Assembly (NCBI GenBank): GCA_040222015.1
Contig: JAVJWO010000067.1
Span: forward strand, 1 to 64,000
From: Coleofasciculus chthonoplastes F2-STO-03
Lineage (GTDB): Bacteria; Cyanobacteriota; Cyanobacteriia; Cyanobacteriales; Coleofasciculaceae
Reading direction: 5' to 3'
DNA: 64,000 nt
Shown piece by piece: positions 1 through 12,113 of this stretch. Under the pieces are notes generated by a model. The model was not told where the DNA came from. It did not search any database and saw only the letters and a program-made list of their open reading frames with translations. The stretch's first letter is position 1; each line of letters begins with the position of its first letter. The translations under genes and the position numbers were made by a program.

Positions 1-46
1 ATCTTTATCTAAAATAGGGCTTACAGATGGAGGGAGATGATACCTG

Positions 47-814
47 ATGACAACGGTGACAACTCAGCCTAAAATTACCTGGGAGAAGCTACCCGATGAT
101 TTTCCCTTACCTGATGATCCTGTGGATAATATTGATCAGCCGACATTAGCCGCCGCACTCAGCGATAGTTTAGAACAAACTGGGCGATTGCAAGAAACGA
201 TGCTCGTCGCCACGAATTACGGTGTCTGCGCCCGGTTAGATGGCAAGATGGTGGTAAAAGCTCCTGATTGGATGTATGTACCTCGGATTAATGTATCCCA
301 AGAGATTGTCCGCCGCAGTTATACGCCACACTTGCAAGGGGATATTCCAGGAATTGTGATTGAATTTCTCTCAGATACAGAAGGAAATGAATATTCGAGC
401 AAGCCGACATATCCTCCAGGGAAATGGTATTTTTATGAGCAAGTGTTGCGAGTTCCCCAATATGGAATTTTTGAACCTGAAGAAGGTGTGCTGGAAATGT
501 ATCAGCTCAATGATTCTGGACATTATGTCTTGCAGCCACCCCAGGAGGGGCGCTATTGGGTAGAAGCGCTGGGTTTATTTTTGGGTGTATGGGAAGGAAG
601 GAAGGGAAACCGTCAGGGATATTGGTTGCGGTGGTGGGATGAATCGGGGCAACTTTTACCCTGGGGAGTAGAATTAGTAGAGCAAGAACGACAACGGGCT
701 GAACAAGAACGACAGCGGGCTGAACAAGAACGACTTCGGGCTGAACAAGAACGACTTCGGGCTCAAGCCTTGATTGAACAGTTACGAGCGGCTGGAATTG
801 AGCCAGAGACTTAA
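47..814 (+). CDS. Uma2/DUF820 family PD-(D/E)XK endonuclease-like protein with C-terminal coiled-coil repeats
   Basis: LPDDPVDNIDQP start, APDWMYV and IVIEFLS motifs, WLRWWD, then (EQERQRA)n tail typical of cyanobacterial Uma2 proteins. Confidence 0.88.
   Translation: MTTVTTQPKITWEKLPDDFPLPDDPVDNIDQPTLAAALSDSLEQTGRLQETMLVATNYGVCARLDGKMVVKAPDWMYVPRINVSQEIVRRSYTPHLQGDIPGIVIEFLSDTEGNEYSSKPTYPPGKWYFYEQVLRVPQYGIFEPEEGVLEMYQLNDSGHYVLQPPQEGRYWVEALGLFLGVWEGRKGNRQGYWLRWWDESGQLLPWGVELVEQERQRAEQERQRAEQERLRAEQERLRAQALIEQLRAAGIEPET
680..763 (+). repeat. 4 x 21-bp coding tandem repeat (GAACAAGAACGACNNCGGGCT)
   Basis: Units start at 680, 701, 722 and 743; encode EQER(Q/L)RA. Confidence 0.9.
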
Positions 815-872
815 ATATTATATTAATAGTATGATTTCGACAAAATTATAGATATAGATGTAAAGAGGTTCT

Positions 873-1424
873 ATGGCGTCTCTAACAGCTCTGACACGCA
901 AAGACTTGGAAAAACTACAAGCCGAACATCCTGATTATTCCATGGAGTTAGTTGACGGTCAAATTGTAATTATGAGTCCATCCGGTTATGAATCAGATGA
1001 AGTTGCCGCAGAATTTACTGCTCAGTTACGCAATTGGGTTAAACCACGCAGATTAGGACGAGTAACCGGTTCTAGTGCAGGTTTTTACTTGCCGAGTGCT
1101 AATGTCAGAGCGCCTGATGTTTCTTTTGTTTTAGCCGAGCGCTTGCCCAAAAGTCCTCGTTCCTTTGCTGAACTAGCTCCCGATTTAATGGTTGAGGTGA
1201 AATCGCCAACGGATACACTCAAATCTCTGAGAGATAAGATTCAATTTTTCCTCACTCAAGGAACAAAAATAGGTATTTTGATGAATCCTCAACGACGTCG
1301 GGTTGAAATTTATCGCCCCGACTCGGAGGTAGAAATTTTAGGCGATAGTGATATTCTAACGATTCCTGATTTACTTCCGGGTTTTGAAGTAGCCATTGTT
1401 GATTTGTGGTCACCAGAATTTTAA
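873..1424 (+). CDS. Uma2/DUF820 family endonuclease-like protein
   Basis: ELVDGQI-MSP, RAPDVSFV, APDLMVEVKSP and LLPGF motifs. Confidence 0.9.
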   Translation: MASLTALTRKDLEKLQAEHPDYSMELVDGQIVIMSPSGYESDEVAAEFTAQLRNWVKPRRLGRVTGSSAGFYLPSANVRAPDVSFVLAERLPKSPRSFAELAPDLMVEVKSPTDTLKSLRDKIQFFLTQGTKIGILMNPQRRRVEIYRPDSEVEILGDSDILTIPDLLPGFEVAIVDLWSPEF

Positions 1425-1610
1425 CCTCTATCGTTTCCAGTTGTTGCCAACTTCTATCAAATTTACCTCTAATACCCAATCCGCTATTGAAACCCTCTTG
1501 ATCCCTTAGCTTCCTTTTGCCTTTTACATGAGAGCCTTTAAACGCTATAGAATAATCGGGTGGGTAATGCCCACCCTACTTGTCGGCTATTGGCATAAGT
1601 GCCAAAGGTT

Positions 1611-3830
1611 CTAATCTGGACCATCGGGATCAACGCCCAAGGAGGGTTCACCCTCAAAGGATGACTCAGGGTCAAAGAATGACTTAGTACTAGACTTAGA
1701 TAGTTGAGTTTCTAAGGATTCCACAGGCATTTGCGAAACTAATTCTGGCGTTTTGCCATTAGTGGCAGCATGGTGGATGCGAATATCTTGCTGGGGTATG
1801 ATTGAGATCCCTTCTTTGTCCAAGCGTTCCTGAACCGTGTAGAGTATCTCTTCATAAGCTGTCCAAAAGTCCTCAGTTTTCGTCCAAAAGTTAAACCCCA
1901 TAATCACATAATAGTCACTACCTTTATAAGGAAAAATGGACGGCGGTGGATTGTCTAGAGTCAAGGGGTGTGACTTTCCAATCTCCAACAAAATTTCCTT
2001 GACCCAGCGCAGGTTAGTGTCTAAGGCAATATTAAAACTCAATCCACCCTTACGAATATCCTGGGTGGTCAGGTTTTCAATGGTACTAGCCCAAACCGTG
2101 TTGTTGGGAACCGTATAAATTTGAGCGCCAAAGCCTTTAAGTCTTGTATTGGCAAGGGTGATTGAATCAACGTAACACCACAAATCACCGATTTTGACTT
2201 CATCGCCAACATCGAAGGGCTTGTACGCCATAATCATCAAGCCACTTGCCAAATTTCCTAGGTTACTTTGTAAGGCGAAGGCAAGTACGAAACTCACCCC
2301 CCCAAGCAGGGCTAAGATTGGACCGAGGCTGACTTCCAGCGCGGTTAGAGCGAGTAGGAAGGCAACGAGGATACCACCGCGCTTGATCACGATAACCACG
2401 AAGTTACGTAACAGTTGGGATACATTGCTTAATCGGGAAAGAGCTTGGTTAACAATAATACCAACAAGCTGAGACGCGATCGCGACGCCGATAAAAACAC
2501 CTAAAAACTTGCCCGTATTATTAACCCAGCGTAAGCCACCTTCTTCAGATGAGAACCAGTTGATCAGCCGCAGCCCTAAACCTTCGGTGTCGGTTATGTC
2601 AAGTTCAACACCACTAACGGCTTGAATATATTTACGGTAAAACTCAGGATCACCGCCTTTTTTCTCCAATTCGTCCAGGATAACGCTAAAGCGATCAATA
2701 ATTGCAGTTCGTTCCTCTTGAAGTTCGGTAACCGCAACCACCAGTTGGTTTTTCTCTTCCGACTCAGCTTCGGCATTCTCTTCGAGTTGTTCAGCTGCCT
2801 CTTCAAGCTGCTGTTGTTGTTCTTCGAGTTCCCCTTGGCTCTCCCCGACTTCCGGGGGTCCAGCGACTTTTTCCTCTCCGTCAGCGTCTACTTCCGTGTT
2901 TTCCAGAGTGGCTGTCAGTTCATCCAGATTTGTGGAGGATTGTTCATCAGGGACATCGGCTCCCTCAATGGCTTCCCTGGCTTGTTTCAGGGCTTCCCGG
3001 CTGGCTTCAAGTTCCTGAGTTGCTTCTTGATGTTCCGGTGAGTCAGGAATCGTACCCTCTTGGGCTTCTTTGGCATCCTCAACGTCTTTGATTGCGGCTT
3101 CTAGGGTATCAATTTTTTCCGTCGTGGCTTCATAGCTCAACGAGCCAGCAGTCATCTCCTCCCGTGCTTTCTTGGCATCCTCAACCGCTTGTTTTGCCGC
3201 CTCCAGTTCCCCTATTTCCTCGGCTTTTTCCAGGGCGCTGCTTGAGGTTTCGTCTTCTTCAATCTTCTGTTGCGTTTCGGCAGCTTCCTCGATGGCGGCT
3301 TGGGCTGCTTTCAGGTTTTCTTTGGCTTCTTCTACCTTTTTCGCCGCTTCTTCATATTCTGGGGAGCCAGGAGTGGCACCGACTTGATCTGCCTCCGCTT
3401 CGGCAAGGTTTTTCTTGGCTTCCTCTAAAGCATTTGCGCCTTCTTCCTGTTTGCCAATGGCTAAATTTTGCCGCTTGATGGCAATTTCAGCGGCGCTAAT
3501 TTCTTTGGCTTTTTCTTTGAGCAGCACCAGCCAAGCGGCTGCCTCAATTTCCAGTTCGGCTAAGGTAAGGGGTTGAACCAACAGTCTCAATTCCTCGACG
3601 GGAATGGTTGGATCTTCCGTCGTGGTTGCCGCTTGGGGATCTACCTCTTCGGGAACTTGAACTTGTTCAGTCGTCGTTTCTTCCGCTTCAGCGTCTTGGG
3701 CTCGCACCGGCGTCCACCACACGGCGACAGCACAGACAACTCCCGTCAGGACAATTGCACCCACTCGATAACGCCGTCTGGGCTGTTTATCCCTCAATGT
3801 TTTTCGTGTTTTTCGTTTTAATGCCAGCAT
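1611..3830 (-). CDS. MscS-family mechanosensitive channel with long acidic coiled-coil N-terminal domain
   Basis: TM helices then LAFALQSNLGNLASG-KPFDVGD and VPN motifs of MscS; signal-like segment ending VRA-Q; first ATG at 3830 (ORF track extends to 3851 on a non-ATG codon). Confidence 0.88.
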   Translation of the reverse strand: MLALKRKTRKTLRDKQPRRRYRVGAIVLTGVVCAVAVWWTPVRAQDAEAEETTTEQVQVPEEVDPQAATTTEDPTIPVEELRLLVQPLTLAELEIEAAAWLVLLKEKAKEISAAEIAIKRQNLAIGKQEEGANALEEAKKNLAEAEADQVGATPGSPEYEEAAKKVEEAKENLKAAQAAIEEAAETQQKIEEDETSSSALEKAEEIGELEAAKQAVEDAKKAREEMTAGSLSYEATTEKIDTLEAAIKDVEDAKEAQEGTIPDSPEHQEATQELEASREALKQAREAIEGADVPDEQSSTNLDELTATLENTEVDADGEEKVAGPPEVGESQGELEEQQQQLEEAAEQLEENAEAESEEKNQLVVAVTELQEERTAIIDRFSVILDELEKKGGDPEFYRKYIQAVSGVELDITDTEGLGLRLINWFSSEEGGLRWVNNTGKFLGVFIGVAIASQLVGIIVNQALSRLSNVSQLLRNFVVIVIKRGGILVAFLLALTALEVSLGPILALLGGVSFVLAFALQSNLGNLASGLMIMAYKPFDVGDEVKIGDLWCYVDSITLANTRLKGFGAQIYTVPNNTVWASTIENLTTQDIRKGGLSFNIALDTNLRWVKEILLEIGKSHPLTLDNPPPSIFPYKGSDYYVIMGFNFWTKTEDFWTAYEEILYTVQERLDKEGISIIPQQDIRIHHAATNGKTPELVSQMPVESLETQLSKSSTKSFFDPESSFEGEPSLGVDPDGPD

Positions 3831-4096
3831 TTTGTTAGTTAAAAAACGCAATTACAGCTACAACGGTGTAAAAGCTAAACTGATTAGACTTATATTGAGT
3901 AGAGAGTTAGGAGCGAGCAGTATAATTTAATCTTACTATTATATTATTACTGTTGACTCTTTGTCAAGACATCACGTTCCTCTGTTCTATCCAGCGCAAC
4001 TAACAATAGTATCGCTATGCAGCATTGTCGCCTTCTGCTCTTGGCGAGCCTTTTGCGTTATTGTACTAGCAGCTGTATTTCCTATACCACCAACTT

Positions 4097-4366
4097 ATGA
4101 CCACCACAAAAGAACAATTGCTCATCGCGATCGAATCTACTCCAGAACCCATTCTGGCGCAAATTCTTGATTATCTGGAATATCTCAAAACCAAACCGAC
4201 TCGCCCAACCGCTCGCTCTAGAACCGTTCCGATTCCGGATGGGGAACCCCTAAAGCGAGGTTCTCAAGCCAAAGACTTACTAAAATTTGCTGGAACTTGG
4301 CAGGGCGAAGACTTCCAGGAATGTCTTCAACTTGTCTACGATACTCGCTCCCCAGCCGAATTTTAA
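4097..4366 (+). CDS. Putative antitoxin (DUF2281-like) of a type II TA pair
   Basis: Small protein with PEPILAQILDYLEYLK and LLKFAGTWQGED; stop codon overlaps the ATG of a PIN gene (TAATG). Confidence 0.7.
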   Translation: MTTTKEQLLIAIESTPEPILAQILDYLEYLKTKPTRPTARSRTVPIPDGEPLKRGSQAKDLLKFAGTWQGEDFQECLQLVYDTRSPAEF

Positions 4367-4809
4367 TGTATTTGCTCGACACCAACCACTGTAGCCGTAT
4401 AATCTTCGGCGAACAGGCTCTTATTCAACAACTACAAGTTCAAAGCGATGTAGGTGTTGCCACCAGTACCATTGTCTGTGGGGAACTCTTTTACATGGCA
4501 GCTAAATCTGAGCAAACAGCAGCTAACCTCCAGCAAGTCAGAGCTTTTCTAGACATGATTGATTTGTATCCCATCAATCTGCCCATTGCGGAAATTTAAG
4601 GTTCGCTCAAATGGAAACTAATTAGGGTTTTTAGACCCAAAAATAAGACACAGCGACGAAATTTCAACCCACAAAGTCTTGGCTTTGGAGATAACGATAT
4701 TTGGATCGCAGCTACAGTAATTCACTACAACCTTACAGTTGTTTCTACCGACAATGATTTCCAACGCCTTCAACAGGTAGAACCTTTTGCCTTAGAATCT
4801 TGGGTTTGA
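4366..4809 (+). pseudogene. vapC: VapC/PIN-domain toxin interrupted by in-frame TAA at 4597-4599
   Basis: MYLLDTN start; reading through the stop in the same frame gives GSLK...GDNDIWIAAT...VVSTDNDFQR...LESWV*, the PIN C-terminus. Confidence 0.85.
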
Positions 4810-4856
4810 ATTATACTTTTCATCCGGAGCAATCAAATAATTCCCCCTGTTTGGCT

Positions 4857-6632
4857 CTATTGAGAATTCTGGAACCACTCTGTCACCCCATCCGCGATCG
4901 CACTCGCTAATCTCTGTTGTTGTTGCGGATTTATAATCCATTCAAATTCCTCTGGATTAATCATAAATCCTAGTTCTAATAACACCGATGGTGCAGTATG
5001 AGGGCGAGTCAGGGCTAGATTATGCCAAAACACCCCATAAGCTGGACGATTTAACTGATTCACCAGATAATTCTGCAAAAATACTGCCAAATTATGCGCT
5101 TGGGGATGATACCAAAACATCCCCACCCCTTTGGTATTTATTGCGTCACCTGCATCCGGGAGGGCGTTGTAATGAATTGAAAGTGCGATCGCGGGTTTAA
5201 TTTGGTTAATCATAGTCACGCGATCGCCCAACGACACCGCCAGATCCGTTTCCCGTGTCATATATACCGTTGCACCCTTTTTCTGAAGTTGTTCGCGCAG
5301 TAACTTCGACACAATTAAATTCACATCTTTTTCCGGATAACCTGTTGGTTCCCTCGCCCCTAATTCTGCCCCCCCATGTCCCGGATCAAGAAGAATTTTA
5401 ATTCCTTTTAAAGGTTGTAAAGCATTTTCAGGATTGAGTTCTACGTTTTGAGTGCGAACAGTTGGCGGATGACGTAAGGTAAGAATCAGATTGGTTTGGT
5501 CATATCTCAGGTCATACCCCCATTGTTGATCAGATTTCAAGTTAAATGTATAGTTGACCTGAGTTGGTGTAACTTGTTGCCAATCTAGGCGTTTAATCAG
5601 GGGGTCATCATCCAAGCGAATCACATCCGTTTGGGCGGTTGTATTATGCAGCGTTAAAGTAAACGTGCGATCGCCTTGCTGAACCGTCACAGGTACAGGT
5701 GTATTTAACGGAAACACCACTTCTGTCGCCCCAGGAATCTGACGGGCGCGGATACTGCGAATCACGGCGGTTGGCGGAACCGTATTCGGAACAATACGCA
5801 CTTCTTCGGCTTTAATCCACGCCCCATAATCTAAACGTACCCATTCACCTTCACGCCCTGTCACCGTCGCCCTGACGCCTTTGGGTAAGGGGGTAAGGCG
5901 AGAATAGGTGGTACTAGGTCCGGTTCGGGCTACACCTGCATCCACGATTACCTCAGCCACCTCTAATTCAACAGGGTTGAGAATGGAAATCTGTCCAGGT
6001 GCAGCTTGACTTATGGTTTTCCCATTCAAGGTTAATTGATAGTTTGGTTGTCCTAAATTTGCCGCAATTTCTGCGGTTGCACAGCCCTGATAATCACCCG
6101 TCGTCGATTGAACACCAGCCTGATTTTGGTCAATTAATCCGGCGGAATTGGGCGGTAACTGGATATCCTGGGATTGAGCCATTAACGGAATGGTTTGATT
6201 TGCCAGGTTCACTGTTACCGTAGCATTTGGCGGCGCGATCGCACGAAAACAGATTAGTTCTCCGGGTAATCGGGCAATATCCACGTTTGGGGTTAGGGAA
6301 TCCTTGGCAAAACTTAACCCAGTTGGCACGTTTGGAGTCGGATAAACGCGAGTTACATTGATTTGAATGGTCTGGTTTTGATAGCGTAGCGTAAAATTAT
6401 TTTTTCCCAATTCTAAGGGAAAACTTGGTGCAAAATGTCCAGCTAGACTGCGGGAAATAACTTGACCATTGACCCGCACATCTCCTGCGGGTGGTGCTGT
6501 ACCAATTAAGAAAATTTGTGCCGCCGTGGTTTGATGATTGTCAGACGGATAAGTAAGGAAAAGAGGGTGTTCCGCCCAAGCTGGAGATGCAATAACTGAT
6601 GCTAATACAGCTAATCCTAGGATAGTTTTCAT
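4857..6632 (-). CDS. N-acetylmuramoyl-L-alanine amidase (Amidase_3) with signal peptide
   Basis: LDPGHGG, EKDVNL, SIHYNA and LLELGFM Zn-amidase motifs; N-terminal signal peptide (PAWA). Confidence 0.92.
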   Translation of the reverse strand: MKTILGLAVLASVIASPAWAEHPLFLTYPSDNHQTTAAQIFLIGTAPPAGDVRVNGQVISRSLAGHFAPSFPLELGKNNFTLRYQNQTIQINVTRVYPTPNVPTGLSFAKDSLTPNVDIARLPGELICFRAIAPPNATVTVNLANQTIPLMAQSQDIQLPPNSAGLIDQNQAGVQSTTGDYQGCATAEIAANLGQPNYQLTLNGKTISQAAPGQISILNPVELEVAEVIVDAGVARTGPSTTYSRLTPLPKGVRATVTGREGEWVRLDYGAWIKAEEVRIVPNTVPPTAVIRSIRARQIPGATEVVFPLNTPVPVTVQQGDRTFTLTLHNTTAQTDVIRLDDDPLIKRLDWQQVTPTQVNYTFNLKSDQQWGYDLRYDQTNLILTLRHPPTVRTQNVELNPENALQPLKGIKILLDPGHGGAELGAREPTGYPEKDVNLIVSKLLREQLQKKGATVYMTRETDLAVSLGDRVTMINQIKPAIALSIHYNALPDAGDAINTKGVGMFWYHPQAHNLAVFLQNYLVNQLNRPAYGVFWHNLALTRPHTAPSVLLELGFMINPEEFEWIINPQQQQRLASAIADGVTEWFQNSQ

Positions 6633-6741
6633 TTGTCATTTGTCATTCGTCATTCGTCATTTAGACAGGGAGGGTTTAGTGACATTAGGGTGGGCAAAAA
6701 ACGATAGTAGTGAAACCCGCCCCTACACCCTGCCTACTTTT

Positions 6742-7287
6742 TCAATCGGATAAAAGATGAGTGGGTAATCCATCAATGCTTTGGATATTTTTCGCCTGCC
6801 AATATTCATAAATGCCCTGTTCTCCCTTTTTCTCTGACCATTCAACCAGAGTTTCTCGTTCACCTTGAAATTCATATAGGGGAACACCATAGCCACAAGA
6901 GGTTTGCACGGATTCAATATCTAGAACAATAATTTGCCGTTGTCCTGGCAGCGAATTAAAGTGGGTATAAAAGGTGTCCCATTCTGGAGCAACGGGGCGA
7001 ATTACCCGCCCTTGACCGTAAAGGCGTAAAATTAGAGGTTTATCGGTAAAACTGCAAAACATGATCGTTAGTCTACCATCGTCCTGCAAATGAGCCGCCG
7101 TTTCATTGCCACTACCTGTTAAATCCAGGTAAGCGACGGTTTTCGGATCAAGACAGCGCAACGTGTCCATCCCTTTGGGAGATAGATTAATCCGCCCCTG
7201 TCGAGGTGCTGTCGCGGTAAAAAAAATCTGTTGTTCTTTGATAAAGTTTTGTAAATTTGGGGGGAGTTCTGAATAAAATTTTGCCAT
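6742..7287 (-). CDS. Pyridoxamine 5'-phosphate oxidase family (FMN-binding) protein
   Basis: FFTATAP, NLSPKG, YLDLTGSGNETAAH and QTSCGYGVP motifs. Confidence 0.85.
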   Translation of the reverse strand: MAKFYSELPPNLQNFIKEQQIFFTATAPRQGRINLSPKGMDTLRCLDPKTVAYLDLTGSGNETAAHLQDDGRLTIMFCSFTDKPLILRLYGQGRVIRPVAPEWDTFYTHFNSLPGQRQIIVLDIESVQTSCGYGVPLYEFQGERETLVEWSEKKGEQGIYEYWQAKNIQSIDGLPTHLLSD

Positions 7288-7398
7288 TGTCCTCTTAATC
7301 TTCGTAATATTTATCCATGCTGCTATGAATAAATTCTACGGGAACAAGCGTACCATGGCGTTTAACCTGAATGGGTTTAACCAGTCTATTATTGATTA

Positions 7399-9078
7399 TC
7401 AAGGACGACTTTTGCGCTTACATCTTAGACCCAATGCGAACACGATCGCACCTGTCAATAGAGAAAACGAGGGTTCTGGAACAGTAGCTGTGCGAGTCAC
7501 ATAAATTCCTGCCCAAGAATCTTCTTCCGCATCCCCTACCATACTAGCCGTCAGTGCCAACCAGCCGTCGCGATAGCCGTCACGCTCAATGCCAACCGAA
7601 GAAATAGTTAGACCCGTCGCTTCCGGATCTAACACCTCACCGAGCATAGAGGTATCCACTACAGTTAACAGCTCTGAATCTAGCCCCAACAGAGCATAAA
7701 TCCCTTCAATTCCGGAATCTTTGCTGCCTTTAAAAGTAATTTGCGAACCATCAACCGCAACAAAAGCTGTGGAACGCCAGCGTGCCAGTTCCAAGTCACC
7801 CTCCTCATCTTCACCCTCACCAACCCCAGGTGGACGACCGGAGAAGTTCCAGAATAGAAAGTCAGAGAAACCTTCCTCACCCGTTTGGGCAATAAGCTGA
7901 GTCTCTAGCGTTTCGGTATTCGTGAGGAAAATACCTTGGTTAGCAGCGACTTCAGTGGTAAAGCCATTGGGATACAAGCTTTGGCAATAATCAACCCGCG
8001 CTTGATTGCCCTCTTCCGGACAAAATAGGGTAATCGGTTTCGTCTCGCTACCCAATGCTCCCCAAAATGCCAGATAATTTCCATCGAAGGACAATGCCTC
8101 ACCCAATCGAGTGAAGGGCAAACTGCTACCTGGTGCAGTTTCACCAAGAGACACTAATGGATTAAGGGTTCTCGGCTCAAGCAACGATACTTGATAGATA
8201 CCGCCCAAAGTTGGCGATTCCTCATTATCAACGCCGAGAAATACAGCATTTCCCCTCGCGGCACTCGGCGGTGCTGTTGAACCAAAGAGAATGCCCGTAG
8301 GATTGTTACCAGGGATAACGGTATTGCTATCGGCAATCAACTCAACTGAATTCGTGCCACCATTCGCCAAGACATCCCGAAAATAAACCCCCGTCTTCCC
8401 TTCTCCTGTTGCCTGATCCGTCCAATTTCCCTTAAAGACGATGGTGCTGCCATCGGTGGGTGCAGGTGCGCCAGGAAACTGGTCAAATCGCGTAGTGGGG
8501 CTACTGCTTGGAACGCTGAAGTAGTCAAATCCACTCACTTCACCAAGCTGGCTAGCTCCCGTGATCAGCTCTCCCATGGGATTGGTGTAAATTCCGGAAG
8601 TCCCCAACTGAGTCACTGTTTCCCCCGTGACCGGATCGATAACCTGCCATACTGGGTTAGATTGTCCACGGGTCGCTGTCATGCTAGAATCGATATCGAT
8701 TCGCGGGAAAGACGGAAACTCCGTAAACTCGGCGCTGGTGTTGTTCGGCTCAGGTACAAGAGAACCCCGTGTTGCGATCGCTTCGATCGAACCAAGATTG
8801 AGCAGATCACGGCTAAAGATGCCAGTACTCGGTTGCCCACCTTGTCCACCTCGACTGCGAGCACGAAAGACAACAAGACCACTGCTATTGACTGAGGGTT
8901 GATTATAGCTGTTAAATAACCGATTAGTGCCAGGAATGTTATCACCGTTGTTGACGACTGTGGTGAAATGAAACGGTGAAGTGTCTGAAAAGGTAGCTGC
9001 CTGTAGGGGCGATTCATAGACTAGAAAACAAGTGGTTCCTAGAAGTGCAGCTTTGAAGAATAAAGTAGCTTTTTTCAT
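7399..9078 (-). CDS. PEP-CTERM surface protein (probable beta-propeller repeats)
   Basis: Signal peptide ending LQA-A; C-terminal VPEPS + hydrophobic helix + KRKSR; likely ATG at 9078. Confidence 0.85.
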   Translation of the reverse strand: MKKATLFFKAALLGTTCFLVYESPLQAATFSDTSPFHFTTVVNNGDNIPGTNRLFNSYNQPSVNSSGLVVFRARSRGGQGGQPSTGIFSRDLLNLGSIEAIATRGSLVPEPNNTSAEFTEFPSFPRIDIDSSMTATRGQSNPVWQVIDPVTGETVTQLGTSGIYTNPMGELITGASQLGEVSGFDYFSVPSSSPTTRFDQFPGAPAPTDGSTIVFKGNWTDQATGEGKTGVYFRDVLANGGTNSVELIADSNTVIPGNNPTGILFGSTAPPSAARGNAVFLGVDNEESPTLGGIYQVSLLEPRTLNPLVSLGETAPGSSLPFTRLGEALSFDGNYLAFWGALGSETKPITLFCPEEGNQARVDYCQSLYPNGFTTEVAANQGIFLTNTETLETQLIAQTGEEGFSDFLFWNFSGRPPGVGEGEDEEGDLELARWRSTAFVAVDGSQITFKGSKDSGIEGIYALLGLDSELLTVVDTSMLGEVLDPEATGLTISSVGIERDGYRDGWLALTASMVGDAEEDSWAGIYVTRTATVPEPSFSLLTGAIVFALGLRCKRKSRP

Positions 9079-9700
9079 AAACAACCTAAACAACACCCTA
9101 TATTTAGGTTTAGTATACGGAAAATCGCCCTATTTTTGGTAAAGAAGCTGTAAAATTTGAGAGCTGATTTATGAAGTAGAGATGAAGAGGCTCTCCTTGT
9201 GCAGTGAGTTTAGGGCTATGTTGAGTACAGTGACTATATATATATTAGATAACGAAACATCAACTTTTGTAAAGGTATGCGGATAATTTGTTACCTTGCC
9301 AGTCGGAAGCGATCGCAAGTCGTCTAGCTTGGGAAGAGGGATGAGCGTTGAGTGGGAGAGGGGCTAGGGGCATTATCAGGTATAGTTCATCGGGCTTGGG
9401 GAGAAAAGCAGGACGAAAAAAGCGTCAGGCTTTCGGGGTGGACATTCCAGACGAGAGCGGATGTTCAACGTAAAGGATAAAAGAATCCCAAAAACTAATC
9501 GGGCAGAGCGTAGACGAGTTGTGCATAGAAAATGGAGAAAGGATGTTCTCAGCGTGACTTGTGGCGTCTGAAATTAGGAGAAGCGAGTTTCATTGGTTTG
9601 GGTGTACAGGGTGATGGCAATTTCAATAACCGGTCAGGGGAAGATTACTCTTATCAGTGATTGAGGGCGTCACACTCCAGCCCGACTCCCAACAATCTGA

Positions 9701-11425
<1,725 letters not shown>

Positions 11426-11440
11426 CGTAGAGATTTGAAT

Positions 11441-11486
11441 TTTGAGTTATGAGTTTACCCAAATTATCCACAACTCATAACTCAAA
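11441..11486. terminator. Inverted-repeat hairpin downstream of pyrG
   Basis: TTTGAGTTATGAGTT (11441-11455) pairs with AACTCATAACTCAAA (11472-11486). Confidence 0.45.
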
Positions 11487-11511
11487 GCTCGCAATGGCTT
11501 GAGGAGGTTTT

Positions 11512-11931
11512 GTGGCGTACTGGATACAAATTGATTATGAACGCAGTGATTATGTGATTGACTTAGATCGCATCAGTGCGTTTGCCTGCGCTCCCAACAG
11601 CAAAATTATCTTCTGGTTGCCGAATAGTGCCCACCAGATTATTATTAATCAGCAAGGTGATCCAGAGGGGTATCATCAAGTTTTGGAGTATATTAAACAA
11701 GTCTGTGCTCATTCCCTAGCTGGATCTTGGATTCAAGTTAGATATGAGCGTAGTGACTATGTAATCGATCTCAACCGCATCAGTAGCTTTTCTCACGCGG
11801 CGAGTGGCAAGTTAACCTTTTGGTTACCGGATAGTTCAATTCCGATTATTATTAATGAGCAAACTGATCCAGAGAGTTATCAGAAGATTCTAGATTATAT
11901 TAAACGTAAAACAGGTTATGTCATTTCTTAG
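11512..11931 (+). CDS. Hypothetical protein made of two tandem ~68-aa domains
   Basis: GAGGAGG RBS before GTG; two copies of WIQ-YERSDYVIDL-RIS-F...FWLP-S...IIIN-Q-DPE-Y. Confidence 0.8.
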   Translation: MAYWIQIDYERSDYVIDLDRISAFACAPNSKIIFWLPNSAHQIIINQQGDPEGYHQVLEYIKQVCAHSLAGSWIQVRYERSDYVIDLNRISSFSHAASGKLTFWLPDSSIPIIINEQTDPESYQKILDYIKRKTGYVIS

Positions 11932-12113
11932 AAAGTTAAATCGGGGTGGGGTTAGAGAGCAGGGGGAGCAATGTAGAGACGTGCCATGGCGCGTCTGGGA
12001 GCAGGGGGAGGGCTACCAGCCTAAAACTTAATGAGCCTGCTGTTTTCTTTTGTTCAACTACTTAGAATATTAATTAGAGGTAGATAAAAATACTGATATT
12101 GGGGGTGGGTGCA

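Noticed and set aside
47..1424. Tandem Uma2 genes as a restriction or defence system
   Set aside because: This family is highly expanded in cyanobacteria and no methyltransferase or partner gene is adjacent in the window.
4297..4599. 100-aa ORF as a complete gene
   Set aside because: It is the 5' part of the interrupted vapC with a spurious upstream extension; the real start is ATG 4366.
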